A DNA stretch of 64,000 bases from Auanema rhodensis. Its lineage: Eukaryota > Animalia > Nematoda. A program made the translations under genes and the position numbers. The stretch is from the NCBI GenBank assembly GCA_964057225.1, contig OZ059899.1, positions 16,740,001 to 16,804,000 on the forward strand. The letters run 5' to 3'. This document shows positions 15,001 to 30,000 of the stretch, one piece after another (within the stretch, counting starts at the first letter, position 1; every line of letters begins with the position of its first letter). The notes below the pieces were generated by a model. The model made no database searches and had not been told where the DNA came from. It saw nothing but the letters and a program-made list of their open reading frames with translations.

Positions 15001-18000
15001 TTGATATAAACCTTTTTTCCGAAAAACTGAGAAGTTACAGCCGAATCTTACTCGGAATATCAGATTCTACACATCTGAATACCCAATTTAAGATTATTTA
15101 CTTTTCATTATAGTTGATGATTTTTGAGAAAAATTGACAATCACCGGACACAACGTGCCTACAGCCTGAACTTTTTTGTGAGCAAATCTTGTGGATGGGG
15201 TTGATATAAACCTTTTTTCCGAAAAACTGAGAAGTTACAGCCGAATCTTACTCGGAATATCAGATTCTACACATCTGAATACCCAACTTAAGATTATTTA
15301 TTTTTCATTATAGTTGATGATTTTTGAGAAAAATTGACAATCACCGGACACAACGTGCCTACAGCCTGAACTTTTTTGTGAACAAATCTTGTGGATGGGG
15401 TTGATATAAACCTTTTTTCCGAAAAACTGAGAAGTTACAGCCGAATCTTACTCGGAATATCAGATTCTACACATCTGAATACCCAACTTAAGATTATTTA
15501 TTTTTCATTATAGTTGATGATTTTTGAGAAAAATTGACAATCACCGGACACAACGTGCCTACAGCCTGAACTTTTTTGTGAACAAATCTTGTGGATGGGG
15601 TTGATATAAACCTTTTTTCCGAAAAACTGAGAAGTTACAGCCGAATCTTACTCGGAATATCAGATTCTACACATCTGAATACCCAACTTAAGATTATTTA
15701 CTTTTCATTATAGTTGATGATTTTTGAGAAAAATGACAATCACCGGACACAACGTGCCTACAGCCTGAACTTTTTTGTGAACAAATCTTGTGGATGGGGT
15801 TGATATAAACTTTTTTTCCGGAAAACTGAGAAGTCACAGCGAAATCACACCAAGTAATTCAGATTCTACACATCTGAATACCCAACTTAGGATTATTTAT
15901 TTTTCATTATAGTTGATGATTTTTGAGAAAAAGTGACAATCACCGGACACAACGTGCCTACAGCCTGAACTTTTTTGTGAACAAATCTTGTGGATGGGGT
16001 TGATATAAACTTTTTTTCCGGAAAACTGAGAAGTCACAGCCGAATCTTACTTGGAATATCAGATTCTACACATCTGAATACCCAACTAAGGATTATTTAC
16101 TTTTCATTATAGTTGATGATTTTTGGGAAAAATTGACAATCACCGGACACAACGTGCCTACAGCCTGAACTTTTTTGTGAACAAATCTTTTGGATGGGGT
16201 TGAGATAAACCTTTTTTCCGAAAAACTGAGAAGTTACAGCCGAATCTTACTCGGAATATCAGATTCTACACATCTGAATACTCAACTTAAGATTATTTAT
16301 TTTTCATTATTGTTGATGATTTTTGAGAAAAATTGACAATCACCGGACACAACGTGCCTACAGGCTGAACTTTTTTGTGAACAAATCTTGTGGATGGGGT
16401 TGAGATAAACCTTTTTTCCGAAAAACTGAGAAGTTACAGCCGAATCTTACTCGGAATATCAGATTCTACACATCTGAATACCCAATTTAAGATTATTTAC
16501 TTTTCATTATAGTTGATGATTTTTGAGAAAAATTGACAATCACCGGACACAACGTGCCTACAGCCTGAACTTTTTTGTGAACAAATCTTGTGGATGGGGT
16601 TGATATAAACCTTTTTTCCGAAAAACTGAGAAGTTACAGCCGAATCTTACTCGGAATATCAGATTCTACACATCTGAATACCCAACTTAAGATTATTTAT
16701 TTTTCATTATAGTTGATGATTTTTGAGAAAAATTGACAATCACCGGACACAACGTGCCTACAGCCTGAACTTTTTTGTGAACAAATCTTGTGGATGGGGT
16801 TGATATAAACCTTTTTTCCGAAAAACTGAGAAGTTACAGCCGAATCTTACTCGGAATATCAGATTCTACACATCTGAATACCCAACTTAAGATTTTTTAT
16901 TTTTCATTATAGTTGATGATTTTTGAGAAAAAGTGACAATCACCGGACACAACGTGCCTACAGCCTGAACTTTTTTGTGAACAAATCTTGTGGATGGGGT
17001 TGATATAAACCTTTTTTCCGAAAAACTGAGAAGTTACAGCCGAATCTTTTTCGGAATATCAGATTCTACACATCTGAATACCCAACTTAAGATTATTTAC
17101 TTTTCATTATAGTTGATGATTTTTGAGAAAAATGACAATCACCGGACACAACGTGCCTACAGCCTGAACTTTTTTGTGAACAAATCTTGTGGATGGGGTT
17201 GATATAAACTTTTTTTCCGGAAAACTGAGAAGTCACAGCGAAATCACACCAAGTAATTCAGATTCTACACATCTGAATACCCAACTTAGGATTATTTATT
17301 TTTCATTATAGTTGATGATTTTTGAGAAAAAGTGACAATCACCGGACACAACGTGCCTACAGCCTGAACTTTTTTGTGAACAAATCTTGTGGATGGGGTT
17401 GATATAAACTTTTTTTCCGGAAAACTGAGAAGTCACAGCCGAATCTTACTTGGAATATCAGATTCTACACATCTGAATACCCAACTAAGGATTATTTACT
17501 TTTCATTATAGTTGATGATTTTTGGGAAAAATTGACAATCACCGGACACAACGTGCCTACAGCCTGAACTTTTTTGTGAACAAATCTTGTGGATGGGGTT
17601 GATATAAACTTTTTTTCCGGAAAACTGAGAAGTCACAGCCGAATCTTACTTGGAATATCAGATTCTACACATCTGAATACCCAACTAAGGATTATTTACT
17701 TTTCATTATAGTTGATGATTTTTGAGAAAAAGTGACAATCACCGGACACAACGTGCCTACAGCCTGAACTTTTTTGTGAACAAATCTTTTGGATGGGGTT
17801 GATATAAACCTTTTTTCCGAAAAACTGAGAAGTTACAGCCGAATCTTACTCGGAATATCAGATTCTACACATCTGAATACCCAACTAAGGATTATTTACT
17901 TTTCATTATAGTTGATGATTTTTGGGAAAAATTGACAATCACCGGACACAACGTGCCTACAGCCTGAACTTTTTTGTGAACAAATCTTGTGGATGGGGTT

Positions 18001-21000
18001 GATATAAACTTTTTTTCCGGAAAACTGAGAAGTCACAGCGAAATCACACCAAGTAATTCAGATTCTACACATCTGAATACCCAACTTAGGATTATTTATT
18101 TTTCATTATAGTTGATGATTTTTGAGAAAAATTGACAATCACCGGACACAACGTGCCTACAGCCTGAACTTTTTTGTGAACAAATCTTGTGGATGGGGTT
18201 GATATAAACCTTTTTTCCGAAAAACTGAGAAGTTACAGCCGAATCTTACTCGGAATATCAGATTCTACACATCTGAATACCCAACTAAGGATTATTTACT
18301 TTTCATTATAGTTGATGATTTTTGGGAAAAATTGACAATCACCGGACACAACGTGCCTACAGCCTGAACTTTTTTGTGAACAAATCTTGTGGATGGGGTT
18401 GATATAAACTTTTTTTCCGGAAAACTGAGAAGTCACAGCCGAATCTTACTTGGAATATCAGATTCTACACATCTGAATACCCAACTAAGGATTATTTACT
18501 TTTCATTATAGTTGATGATTTTTGGGAAAAATTGACAATCACCGGACACAACGTGCCTACAGCCTGAACTTTTTTGTGAACAAATCTTGTGGATGGGGTT
18601 GATATAAACTTTTTTTCCGGAAAACTGAGAAGTCACAGCCGAATCTTACTTGGAATATCAGATTCTACACATCTGAATACCCAACTAAGGATTATTTACT
18701 TTTCATTATAGTTGATGATTTTTGGGAAAAATTGACAATCACCGGACACAACGTGCCTACAGCCTGAACTTTTTTGTGAACAAATCTTTTGGATGGGGTT
18801 GAGATAAACCTTTTTTCCGAAAAACTGAGAAGTTACAGCCGAATCTTACTCGGAATATCAGATTCTACACATCTGAATACTCAACTTAAGATTATTTATT
18901 TTTCATTATTGTTGATGATTTTTGAGAAAAATTGATAATCACCGGACACAACGTGCCTACAGGCTGAACTTTTTTGTGAACAAATCTTGTGGATGGGGTT
19001 GAGATAAACCTTTTTTCCGAAAAACTGAGAAGTTACAGCCGAATCTTACTATGAATATCAGATTCTACACATCTGAATACCCAATTTAAGATTATTTACT
19101 TTTCATTATAGTTGATGATTTTTGAGAAAAATTGACAATCACCGGACACAACGTGCCTACAGCCTGAACTTTTTTGTGAACAAATCTTGTGGATGGGGTT
19201 GATATAAACCTTTTTTCCGAAAAACTGAGAAGTTACAGCCGAATCTTACTCGGAATATCAGATTCTACACATCTGAATACCCAACTTAAGATTATTTACT
19301 TTTCATTATAGTTGATGATTTTTGAGAAAAATGACAATCACCGGACACAACGTGCCTACAGCCTGAACTTTTTTGTGAACAAATCTTGTGGATGGGGTTG
19401 ATATAAACCTTTTTTCCGAAAAACTGAGAAGTTACAGCCGAATCTTACTCGGAATATCAGATTCTACACATCTGAATACCCAATTTAAGATTATTTACTT
19501 TTCATTATAGTTGATGATTTTTGAGAAAAATTGACAATCACCGGACACAACGTGCCTACAGCCTGAACTTTTTTGTGAACAAATCTTGTGGATGGGGTTG
19601 ATATAAACCTTTTTTCCGAAAAACTGAGAAGTTACAGCCGAATCTTACTCGGAATATCAGATTCTACACATCTGAATACCCAACTTAAGATTATTTATTT
19701 TTCATTATAGTTGATGATTTTTGAGAAAAATTGACAATCACCGGACACAACGTGCCTACAGCCTGAACTTTTTTGTGAACAAATCTTGTGGATGGGGTTG
19801 ATATAAACCTTTTTTCCGAAAAACTGAGAAGTTACAGCCGAATCTTACTCGGAATATCAGATTCTACACATCTGAATACCCAACTTAAGATTTTTTATTT
19901 TTCATTATAGTTGATGATTTTTGAGAAAAAGTGACAATCACCGGACACAACGTGCCTACAGCCTGAACTTTTTTGTGAACAAATCTTGTGGATGGGGTTG
20001 ATATAAACCTTTTTTCCGAAAAACTGAGAAGTTACAGCCGAATCTTACTCGGAATATCAGATTCTACACATCTGAATACCCAACTTAAGATTATTTACTT
20101 TTCATTATAGTTGATGATTTTTGAGAAAAATGACAATCACCGGACACAACGTGCCTACAGCCTGAACTTTTTTGTGAACAAATCTTGTGGATGGGGTTGA
20201 TATAAACTTTTTTTCCGGAAAACTGAGAAGTCACAGCGAAATCACACCAAGTAATTCAGATTCTACACATCTGAATACCCAACTTAGGATTATTTATTTT
20301 TCATTATAGTTGATGATTTTTGAGAAAAAGTGACAATCACCGGACACAACGTGCCTACAGCCTGAACTTTTTTGTGAACAAATCTTGTGGATGGGGTTGA
20401 TATAAACTTTTTTTCCGGAAAACTGAGAAGTCACAGCCGAATCTTACTTGGAATATCAGATTCTACACATCTGAATACCCAACTAAGGATTATTTACTTT
20501 TCATTATAGTTGATGATTTTTGGGAAAAATTGACAATCACCGGACACAACGTGCCTACAGCCTGAACTTTTTTGTGAACAAATCTTGTGGATGGGGTTGA
20601 GATAAACCTTTTTTCCGAAAAACTGAGAAGTTACAGCCGAATCTTACTCGGAATATCAGATTCTACACATCTGAATACTCAACTTAAGATTATTTATTTT
20701 TCATTATTGTTGATGATTTTTGAGAAAAATTGACAATCACCGGACACAACGTGCCTACAGGCTGAACTTTTTTGTGAACAAATCTTGTGGATGGGGTTGA
20801 GATAAACCTTTTTTCCGAAAAACTGAGAAGTTACAGCCGAATCTTACTCGGAATATCAGATTCTACACATCTGAATACCCAATTTAAGATTATTTACTTT
20901 TCATTATAGTTGATGATTTTTGAGAAAAATTGACAATCACCGGACACAACGTGCCTACAGCCTGAACTTTTTTGTGAACAAATCTTGTGGATGGGGTTGA

Positions 21001-24000
21001 TATAAACCTTTTTTCCGAAAAACTGAGAAGTTACAGCCGAATCTTACTCGGAATATCAGATTCTACACATCTGAATACCCAACTTAAGATTATTTACTTT
21101 TCATTATAGTTGATGATTTTTGAGAAAAATGACAATCACCGGACACAACGTGCCTACAGCCTGAACTTTTTTGTGAACAAATCTTGTGGATGGGGTTGAT
21201 ATAAACCTTTTTTCCGAAAAACTGAGAAGTTACAGCCGAATCTTACTCGGAATATCAGATTCTACACATCTGAATACCCAACTTAAGATTATTTACTTTT
21301 CATTATAGTTGATGATTTTTGAGAAAAATGACAATCACCGGACACAACGTGCCTACAGCCTGAACTTTTTTGTGAACAAATCTTGTGGATGGGGTTGATA
21401 TAAACTTTTTTTCCGGAAAACTGAGAAGTCACAGCGAAATCACACCAAGTAATTCAGATTCTACACATCTGAATACCCAACTTAGGATTATTTATTTTTC
21501 ATTATAGTTGATGATTTTTGAGAAAAAGTGACAATCACCGGACACAACGTGCCTACAGCCTGAACTTTTTTGTGAACAAATCTTGTGGATGGGGTTGATA
21601 TAAACTTTTTTTCCGGAAAACTGAGAAGTCACAGCCGAATCTTACTTGGAATATCAGATTCTACACATCTGAATACCCAACTAAGGATTATTTACTTTTC
21701 ATTATAGTTGATGATTTTTGGGAAAAATTGACAATCACCGGACACAACGTGCCTACAGCCTGAACTTTTTTGTGAACAAATCTTGTGGATGGGGTTGATA
21801 TAAACTTTTTTTCCGGAAAACTGAGAAGTCACAGCCGAATCTTACTTGGAATATCAGATTCTACACATCTGAATACTCAACTTAAGATTATTTTTTTTAC
21901 ATTATAGTTGATGATTTTTGAGAAAAATTGACAATCACCGGACACAACGTGCCTACAGGCTGAACTTTTTTGTGAACAAATCTTGTGGATGGGGTTGAGA
22001 TAAACCTTCTTTCCGAAAAACTGAGAAGTTACAGCCGAATCTTACTCGGAATATCAGATTCTACACATCTGAATACCCAATTTAAGATTATTTACTTTTC
22101 ATTATAGTTGATGATTTTTGAGAAAAATTGACAATCACCGGACACAACGTGCCTACAGCCTGAACTTTTTTGTGAACAAATCTTGTGGATGGGGTTGATA
22201 TAAACCTTTTTTCCGAAAAACTGAGAAGTTACAGCCGAATCTTACTCGGAATATCAGATTCTACACATCTGAATACCCAACTTAAGATTATTTACTTTTC
22301 ATTATAGTTGATGATTTTTGAGAAAAATTGACAATCACCGGACACAACGTGCCTACAGCCTGAACTTTTTTGTGAACAAATCTTGTGGATGGGGTTGATA
22401 TAAACTTTTTTTCCGGAAAACTGAGAAGTCACAGCGAAATCACACCAAGTAATTCAGATTCTACACATCTGAATACCCAACTTAGGATTATTTATTTTTC
22501 ATTATAGTTGATGATTTTTGAGAAAAAGTGACAATCACCGGACACAACGTGCCTACAGCCTGAACTTTTTTGTGAACAAATCTTTTGGATGGGGTTGAGA
22601 TAAACTTTTTTTCCGGAAAACAAAGAAGTCACAGCCAAATCACACCAAATAATTCAGATTCTACACGTCTGAATACCCAACTGAGGATTATTTACTTTTC
22701 ATTATAGTTGATGATTTTTGGGAAAAATTGACAATCACCGGACACAACGTGCCTACAGCCTGAACTTTTTTGTGAACAAATCTTGTGGATGGGGTTGATA
22801 TAAACTTTTTTTCCGGAAAACTGAGAAGTCACAGCCGAATCTTACTTGGAATATCAGATTCTACACATCTGAATACCCAACTAAGGATTATTTACTTTTC
22901 ATTATAGTTGATGATTTTTGGGAAAAATTGACAATCACCGGACACAACGTGCCTACAGCCTGAACTTTTTTGTGAACAAATCTTGTGGATGGGGTTGATA
23001 TAAACTTTTTTTCCGGAAAACTGAGAAGTCACAGCCGAATCTTACTTGGAATATCAGATTCTACACATCTGAATACCCAACTAAGGATTATTTACTTTTC
23101 ATTATAGTTGATGATTTTTGAGAAAAAGTGACAATCACCGGACACAACGTGCCTACAGCCTGAACTTTTTTGTGAACAAATCTTTTGGATGGGGTTGATA
23201 TAAACCTTTTTTCCGAAAAACTGAGAAGTTACAGCCGAATCTTACTCGGAATATCAGATTCTACACATCTGAATACTCAACTTAAGATTATTTATTTTTC
23301 ATTATAGTTGATGATTTTTGAGAAAAAGTGACAATCACCGGACACAACGTGCCTACAGCCTGAACTTTTTTGTGAACAAATCTTTTGGATGGGGTTGATA
23401 TAAACCTTTTTTCCGAAAAACTGAGAAGTCACAGCCGAATCTTACTTGGAATATCAGATTCTACACATCTGAATACCCAACTAAGGATTATTTACTTTTC
23501 ATTATAGTTGATGATTTTTGAGAAAAAGTGACAATCACCGGACACAACGTGCCTACAGCCTGAACTTTTTTGTGAACAAATCTTTTGGATGGGGTTGATA
23601 TAAACTTTTTTTCCGGAAAACTGAGAAGTCACAGCCGAATCTTACTTGGAATATCAGATTCTACACATCTGAATACCCAACTTAGGATTATTTATTTTTC
23701 ATTATAGTTGATGATTTTTGAGAAAAAGTGACAATCACCGGACACAACGTGCCTACAGCCTGAACTTTTTTGTGAACAAATCTTTTGGATGGGGTTGAGA
23801 TAAACTTTTTTTCCGGAAAACAAAGAAGTCACAGCCAAATCACACCAAATAATTCAGATTCTACACGTCTGAATACCCAACTGAGGATTATTTACTTTTC
23901 ATTATAGTTGATGATTTTTGGGAAAAATTGACAATCACCGGACACAACGTGCCTACAGCCTGAACTTTTTTGTGAACAAATCTTGTGGATGGGGTTGATA

Positions 24001-27000
24001 TAAACTTTTTTTCCGGAAAACTGAGAAGTCACAGCCGAATCTTACTTGGAATATCAGATTCTACACATCTGAATACCCAACTAAGGATTATTTACTTTTC
24101 ATTATAGTTGATGATTTTTGGGAAAAATTGACAATCACCGGACACAACGTGCCTACAGCCTGAACTTTTTTGTGAACAAATCTTGTGGATGGGGTTGATA
24201 TAAACTTTTTTTCCGGAAAACTGAGAAGTCACAGCCGAATCTTACTTGGAATATCAGATTCTACACATCTGAATACCCAACTAAGGATTATTTACTTTTC
24301 ATTATAGTTGATGATTTTTGAGAAAAAGTGACAATCACCGGACACAACGTGCCTACAGCCTGAACTTTTTTGTGAACAAATCTTTTGGATGGGGTTGATA
24401 TAAACCTTTTTTCCGAAAAACTGAGAAGTTACAGCCGAATCTTACTCGGAATATCAGATTCTACACATCTGAATACTCAACTTAAGATTATTTTTTTTAC
24501 ATTATAGTTGATGATTTTTGAGAAAAATTGACAATCACCGGACACAACGTGCCTACAGGCTGAACTTTTTTGTGAACAAATCTTGTGGATGGGGTTGAGA
24601 TAAACCTTTTTTCCGAAAAACTGAGAAGTTACAGCCGAATCTTACTCGGAATATCAGATTCTACACATCTGAATACCCAATTTAAGATTATTTACTTTTC
24701 ATTATAGTTGATGATTTTTGAGAAAAATTGACAATCACCGGACACAACGTGCCTACAGCCTGAACTTTTTTGTGAACAAATCTTGTGGATGGGGTTGATA
24801 TAAACCTTTTTTCCGAAAAACTGAGAAGTTACAGCCGAATCTTACTCGGAATATCAGATTCTACACATCTGAATACCCAACCTAAGATTATTTATTTTTC
24901 ATTATAGTTGATGATTTTTGAGAAAAAGTGACAATCACCGGACACAACGTGCCTACAGCCTGAACTTTTTTGTGAACAAATCTTGTGGATGGGGTTGATA
25001 TAAACCTTTTTTCCGGAAAACTGAGAAGTCACAGCCAAATCTCACCAAGTGATTCAGATTCTACACATCTGAATACCCAACTTAAGATTATTTATTTTTC
25101 ATTATAGTTGATGATTTTTGAGAAAAATTGATAATCACCGGACACAACGTGCCTACAGCCTGAACTTTTTTGTGAACAAATCTTGTGGATGGGGTTGATA
25201 TAAACCTTTTTTCCGAAAAACTGAGAAGTTACAGCCGAATCTTACTCGGAATATCAGATTCTACACATCTGAATACCCAACTTAAGATTATTTATTTTTC
25301 ATTATAGTTGATGATTTTTGAGAAAAATTGACAATCACCGGACACAACGTGCCTACAGCCTGAACTTTTTTGTGAACAAATCTTGTGGATGGGGTTGATA
25401 TAAACCTTTTTTCCGAAAAACTGAGAAGTTACAGCCGAATCTTACTCGGAATATCAGATTCTACACATCTGAATACCCAACTTAAGATTTTTTATTTTTC
25501 ATTATAGTTGATGATTTTTGAGAAAAAGTGACAATCACCGGACACAACGTGCCTACAGCCTGAACTTTTTTGTGAACAAATCTTGTGGATGGGGTTGATA
25601 TAAACCTTTTTTCCGAAAAACTGAGAAGTTACAGCCGAATCTTACTCGGAATATCAGATTCTACACATCTGAATACCCAACTTAAGATTATTTATTTTTC
25701 ATTATAGTTGATGATTTTTGAGAAAAATTGACAATCACCGGACACAACGTGCCTACAGCCTGAACTTTTTTGTGAACAAATCTTGTGGATGGGGTTGATA
25801 TAAACCTTTTTTCCGAAAAACTGAGAAGTTACAGCCGAATCTTACTCGGAATATCAGATTCTACACATCTGAATACCCAACTTAAGATTATTTATTTTTC
25901 ATTATAGTTGATGATTTTTGAGAAAAAGTGACAATCACCGGACACAACGTGCCTACAGCCTGAACTTTTTTGTGAACAAATCTTGTGGATGGGGTTGATA
26001 TAAACCTTTTTTCCGAAAAACTGAGAAGTTACAGCCGAATCTTACTCGGAATATCAGATTCTACACATCTGAATACCCAACTTAAGATTATTTACTTTTC
26101 ATTATAGTTGATGATTTTTGGGAAAAATTGACAATCACCGGACACAACGTGCCTACAGCCTGAACTTTTTTGTGAACAAATCTTTTGGATGGGGTTGAGA
26201 TAAACTTTTTTTCCGGAAAACAAAGAAGTCACAGCCAAATCACACCAAATAATTCAGATTCTACACGTCTGAATACCCAACTGAGGATTATTTACTTTTC
26301 ATTATAGTTGATGATTTTTGGGAAAAATTGACAATCACCGGACACAACGTGCCTACAGCCTGAACTTTTTTGTGAACAAATCTTGTGGATGGGGTTGATA
26401 TAAACTTTTTTTCCGGAAAACTGAGAAGTCACAGCGAAATCACACCAAGTAATTCAGATTCTACACATCTGAATACCCAACTTAAGATTATTTACTTTTC
26501 ATTATAGTTGATGATTTTTGAGAAAAATTGACAATCACCGGACACAACGTGCCTACAGCCTGAACTTTTTTGTGAACAAATCTTTTGGATGGGGTTGAGA
26601 TAAACTTTTTTTCCGGAAAACAAAGAAGTCACAGCCAAATCACACCAAGTAATTCAGATTCTACACATCTGAATACCCAACTTAAGATTATTTACTTTTC
26701 ATTATAGTTGATGATTTTTGGGAAAAATTGACAATCACCGGACACAACGTGCCTACAGCCTGAACTTTTTTGTGAACAAATCTTGTGGATGGGGTTGAGA
26801 TAAACCTTTTTTCCGAAAAACTGAGAAGTTACAGCCGAATCTTACTCGGAATATCAGATTCTACACATCTGAATACCCAACTTAAGATTATTTACTTTTC
26901 ATTATAGTTGATGATTTTTGAGAAAAATTGACAATCACCGGACACAACGTGCCTACAGCCTGAACTTTTTTGTGAACAAATCTTTTGGATGGGGTTGAGA

Positions 27001-30000
27001 TAAACTTTTTTTCCGGAAAACAAAGAAGTCACAGCCAAATCACACCAAGTAATTCAGATTCTACACATCTGAATACCCAACTTAGGATTATTTATTTTTC
27101 ATTATAGTTGATGATTTTTGAGAAAAATTGACAATCACCGGACACAACGTGCCTACAGCCTGAACTTTTTTGTGAACAAATCTTTTGGATGGGGTTGAGA
27201 TAAACTTTTTTTCCGGAAAACTGAGAAGTCACAGCGAAATCACACCAAGTAATTCAGATTCTACACATCTGAATACCCAACTTAGGATTATTTATTTTTC
27301 ATTATAGTTGATGATTTTTGAGAAAAAGTGACAATCACCGGACACAACGTGCCTACAGCCTGAACTTTTTTGTGAACAAATCTTTTGGATGGGGTTGAGA
27401 TAAACTTTTTTTCCGGAAAACTGAGAAGTCACAGCGAAATCACACCAAGTAATTCAGATTCTACACATCTGAATACCCAACTTAGGATTATTTATTTTTC
27501 ATTATAGTTGATGATTTTTGAGAAAAAGTGACAATCACCGGACACAACGTGCCTACAGCCTGAACTTTTTTGTGAACAAATCTTTTGGAAGGGGTTGAGA
27601 TAAACTTTTTTTCCGGAAAACTGAGAAGTCACAGCGAAATCACACCAAGTAATTCAGATTCTACACATCTGAATACCCAACTTAGGATAATTTACTTTTC
27701 ATTATAGTTGATGATTTTTGAGAAAAAGTGACAATCACCGGACACAACGTGCCTACAGCCTGAACTTTTTTGTGAACAAATCTTTTGGATGGGGTTGAGA
27801 TAAACTTTTTTTCCGGAAAACTGAGAAGTCACAGCGAAATCACACCAAGTAATTCAGATTCTACACATCTGAATACCCAACTTAGGATTATTTATTTTTC
27901 ATTATAGTTGATGATTTTTGAGAAAAAGTGACAATCACCGGACACAACGTGCCTACAGCCTGAACTTTTTTGTGAACAAATCTTTTGGATGGGGTTGAGA
28001 TAAACTTTTTTTCCGGAAAACAAAGAAGTCACAGCCAAATCACACCAAGTAATTCAGATTCTACACATCTGAATACCCAACTTAGGATTATTTATTTTTC
28101 ATTATAGTTGATGATTTTTGAGAAAAATTGACAATCACCGGACACAACGTGCCTACAGCCTGAACTTTTTTGTGAACAAATCTTTTGGATGGGGTTGAGA
28201 TAAACTTTTTTTCCGGAAAACAAAGAAGTCACAGCCAAATCACACCAAGTAATTCAGATTCTACACATCTGAATACCCAACTTAGGATTATTTATTTTTC
28301 ATTATAGTTGATGATTTTTGAGAAAAAGTGACAATCACCGGACACAACGTGCCTACAGCCTGAACTTTTTTGTGAACAAATCTTTTGGATGGGGTTGAGA
28401 TAAACTTTTTTTCCGGAAAACAAAGAAGTCACAGCCAAATCACACCAAGTAATTCAGATTCTACACATCTGAATACCCAACTTAGGATTATTTATTTTTC
28501 ATTATAGTTGATGATTTTTGAGAAAAATTGACAATCACCGGACACAACGTGCCTACAGCCTGAACTTTTTTGTGAACAAATCTTTTGGATGGGGTTGAGA
28601 TAAACTTTTTTTCCGGAAAACAAAGAAGTCACAGCCAAATCACACCAAGTAATTCAAATTCTACACATCTGAATACCCAACTTAAGATTATTTATTTTTC
28701 ATTATAGTTGATGATTTTTGGGAAAAATTGACAATCACCGGACACAACGTGCCTACAGCCTGAATTTTTTTGTGAACAAATCTTGTGGATGGGGTTGATC
28801 TAAACCTTTTTTCCGGAAAACTGAGAAGTCACAGCCGAATCTTACTTGGAATATCAGATTCTACACATCTGAATACCCAACTTAGGATAATTTACTTTTC
28901 ATTATAGTTGATGATTTTTGAGAAAAATTGAAAATCACCGGACACAACGTGCCTACAGCCTGAACTTTTTTGTGAACAAATCTTGTGGATGGGGTTGATC
29001 TAAACCTTTTTTCCGGAAAACTGAGAAGTCACAGCCGAATCTTACTTGGAATATCAGATTCTACACATCTGAATACCCAACTTAGGATTATTTACTTTTC
29101 ATTATAGTTGATGATTTTTGAGAAAAATTGACAATCACCGGACACAACGTGCCTACAGCCTGAACTTTTTTGTTAACAAATCTTGTGGATGGGGTTGAGA
29201 TAAACCTTTTTTCCGGAAAACTGAGAAGTCACAGCCGAATCTTACTTGGAATATCAGATTCTACACAACTGAATACCCAACCTAGAATTATTTATTTTTC
29301 ATTATAGTTGATGATTTTTGAGAAAAAGTGACAATCACCGGACACAACGTGCCTACAGCCTGAACTTTTTTGTGAACAAATCTTGTGGATGGGGTTGATC
29401 TAAACCTTTTTTCCGGAAAACTGAGAAGTCACAGCCGAATCTTACTTGGAATATCAGATTCTACACAACTGAATACCCAACCTAGAATTATTTATTTTTC
29501 ATTATAGTTGATGATTTTTGAGAAAAAGTGACAATCACCGGACACAACGTGCCTACAGCCTGAACTTTTTTGTGAACAAATCTTGTGGATGGGGTTGATC
29601 TAAACCTTTTTTCCGGAAAACTGAGAAGTCACAGCCGAATCTTACTTGGAATATCAGATTCTACACAACTGAATACCCAACCTAGAATTATTTATTTTTC
29701 ATTATAGTTGATGATTTTTGAGAAAAAGTGACAATCACCGGACACAACGTGCCTACAGCCTGAACTTTTTTGTGAACAAATCTTGTGGATGGGGTTGATC
29801 TAAACCTTTTTTCCGGAAAACTGAGAAGTCACAGCCGAATCTTACTTGGAATATCAGATTCTACACAACTGAATACCCAACCTAGAATTATTTATTTTTC
29901 ATTATAGTTGATGATTTTTGAGAAAAAGGAACATTCACCGAGCACAACGTGCCTACAGCCTGAACTTTTTTGTGAACAAATCTTGTGGATGGGGTTGATC

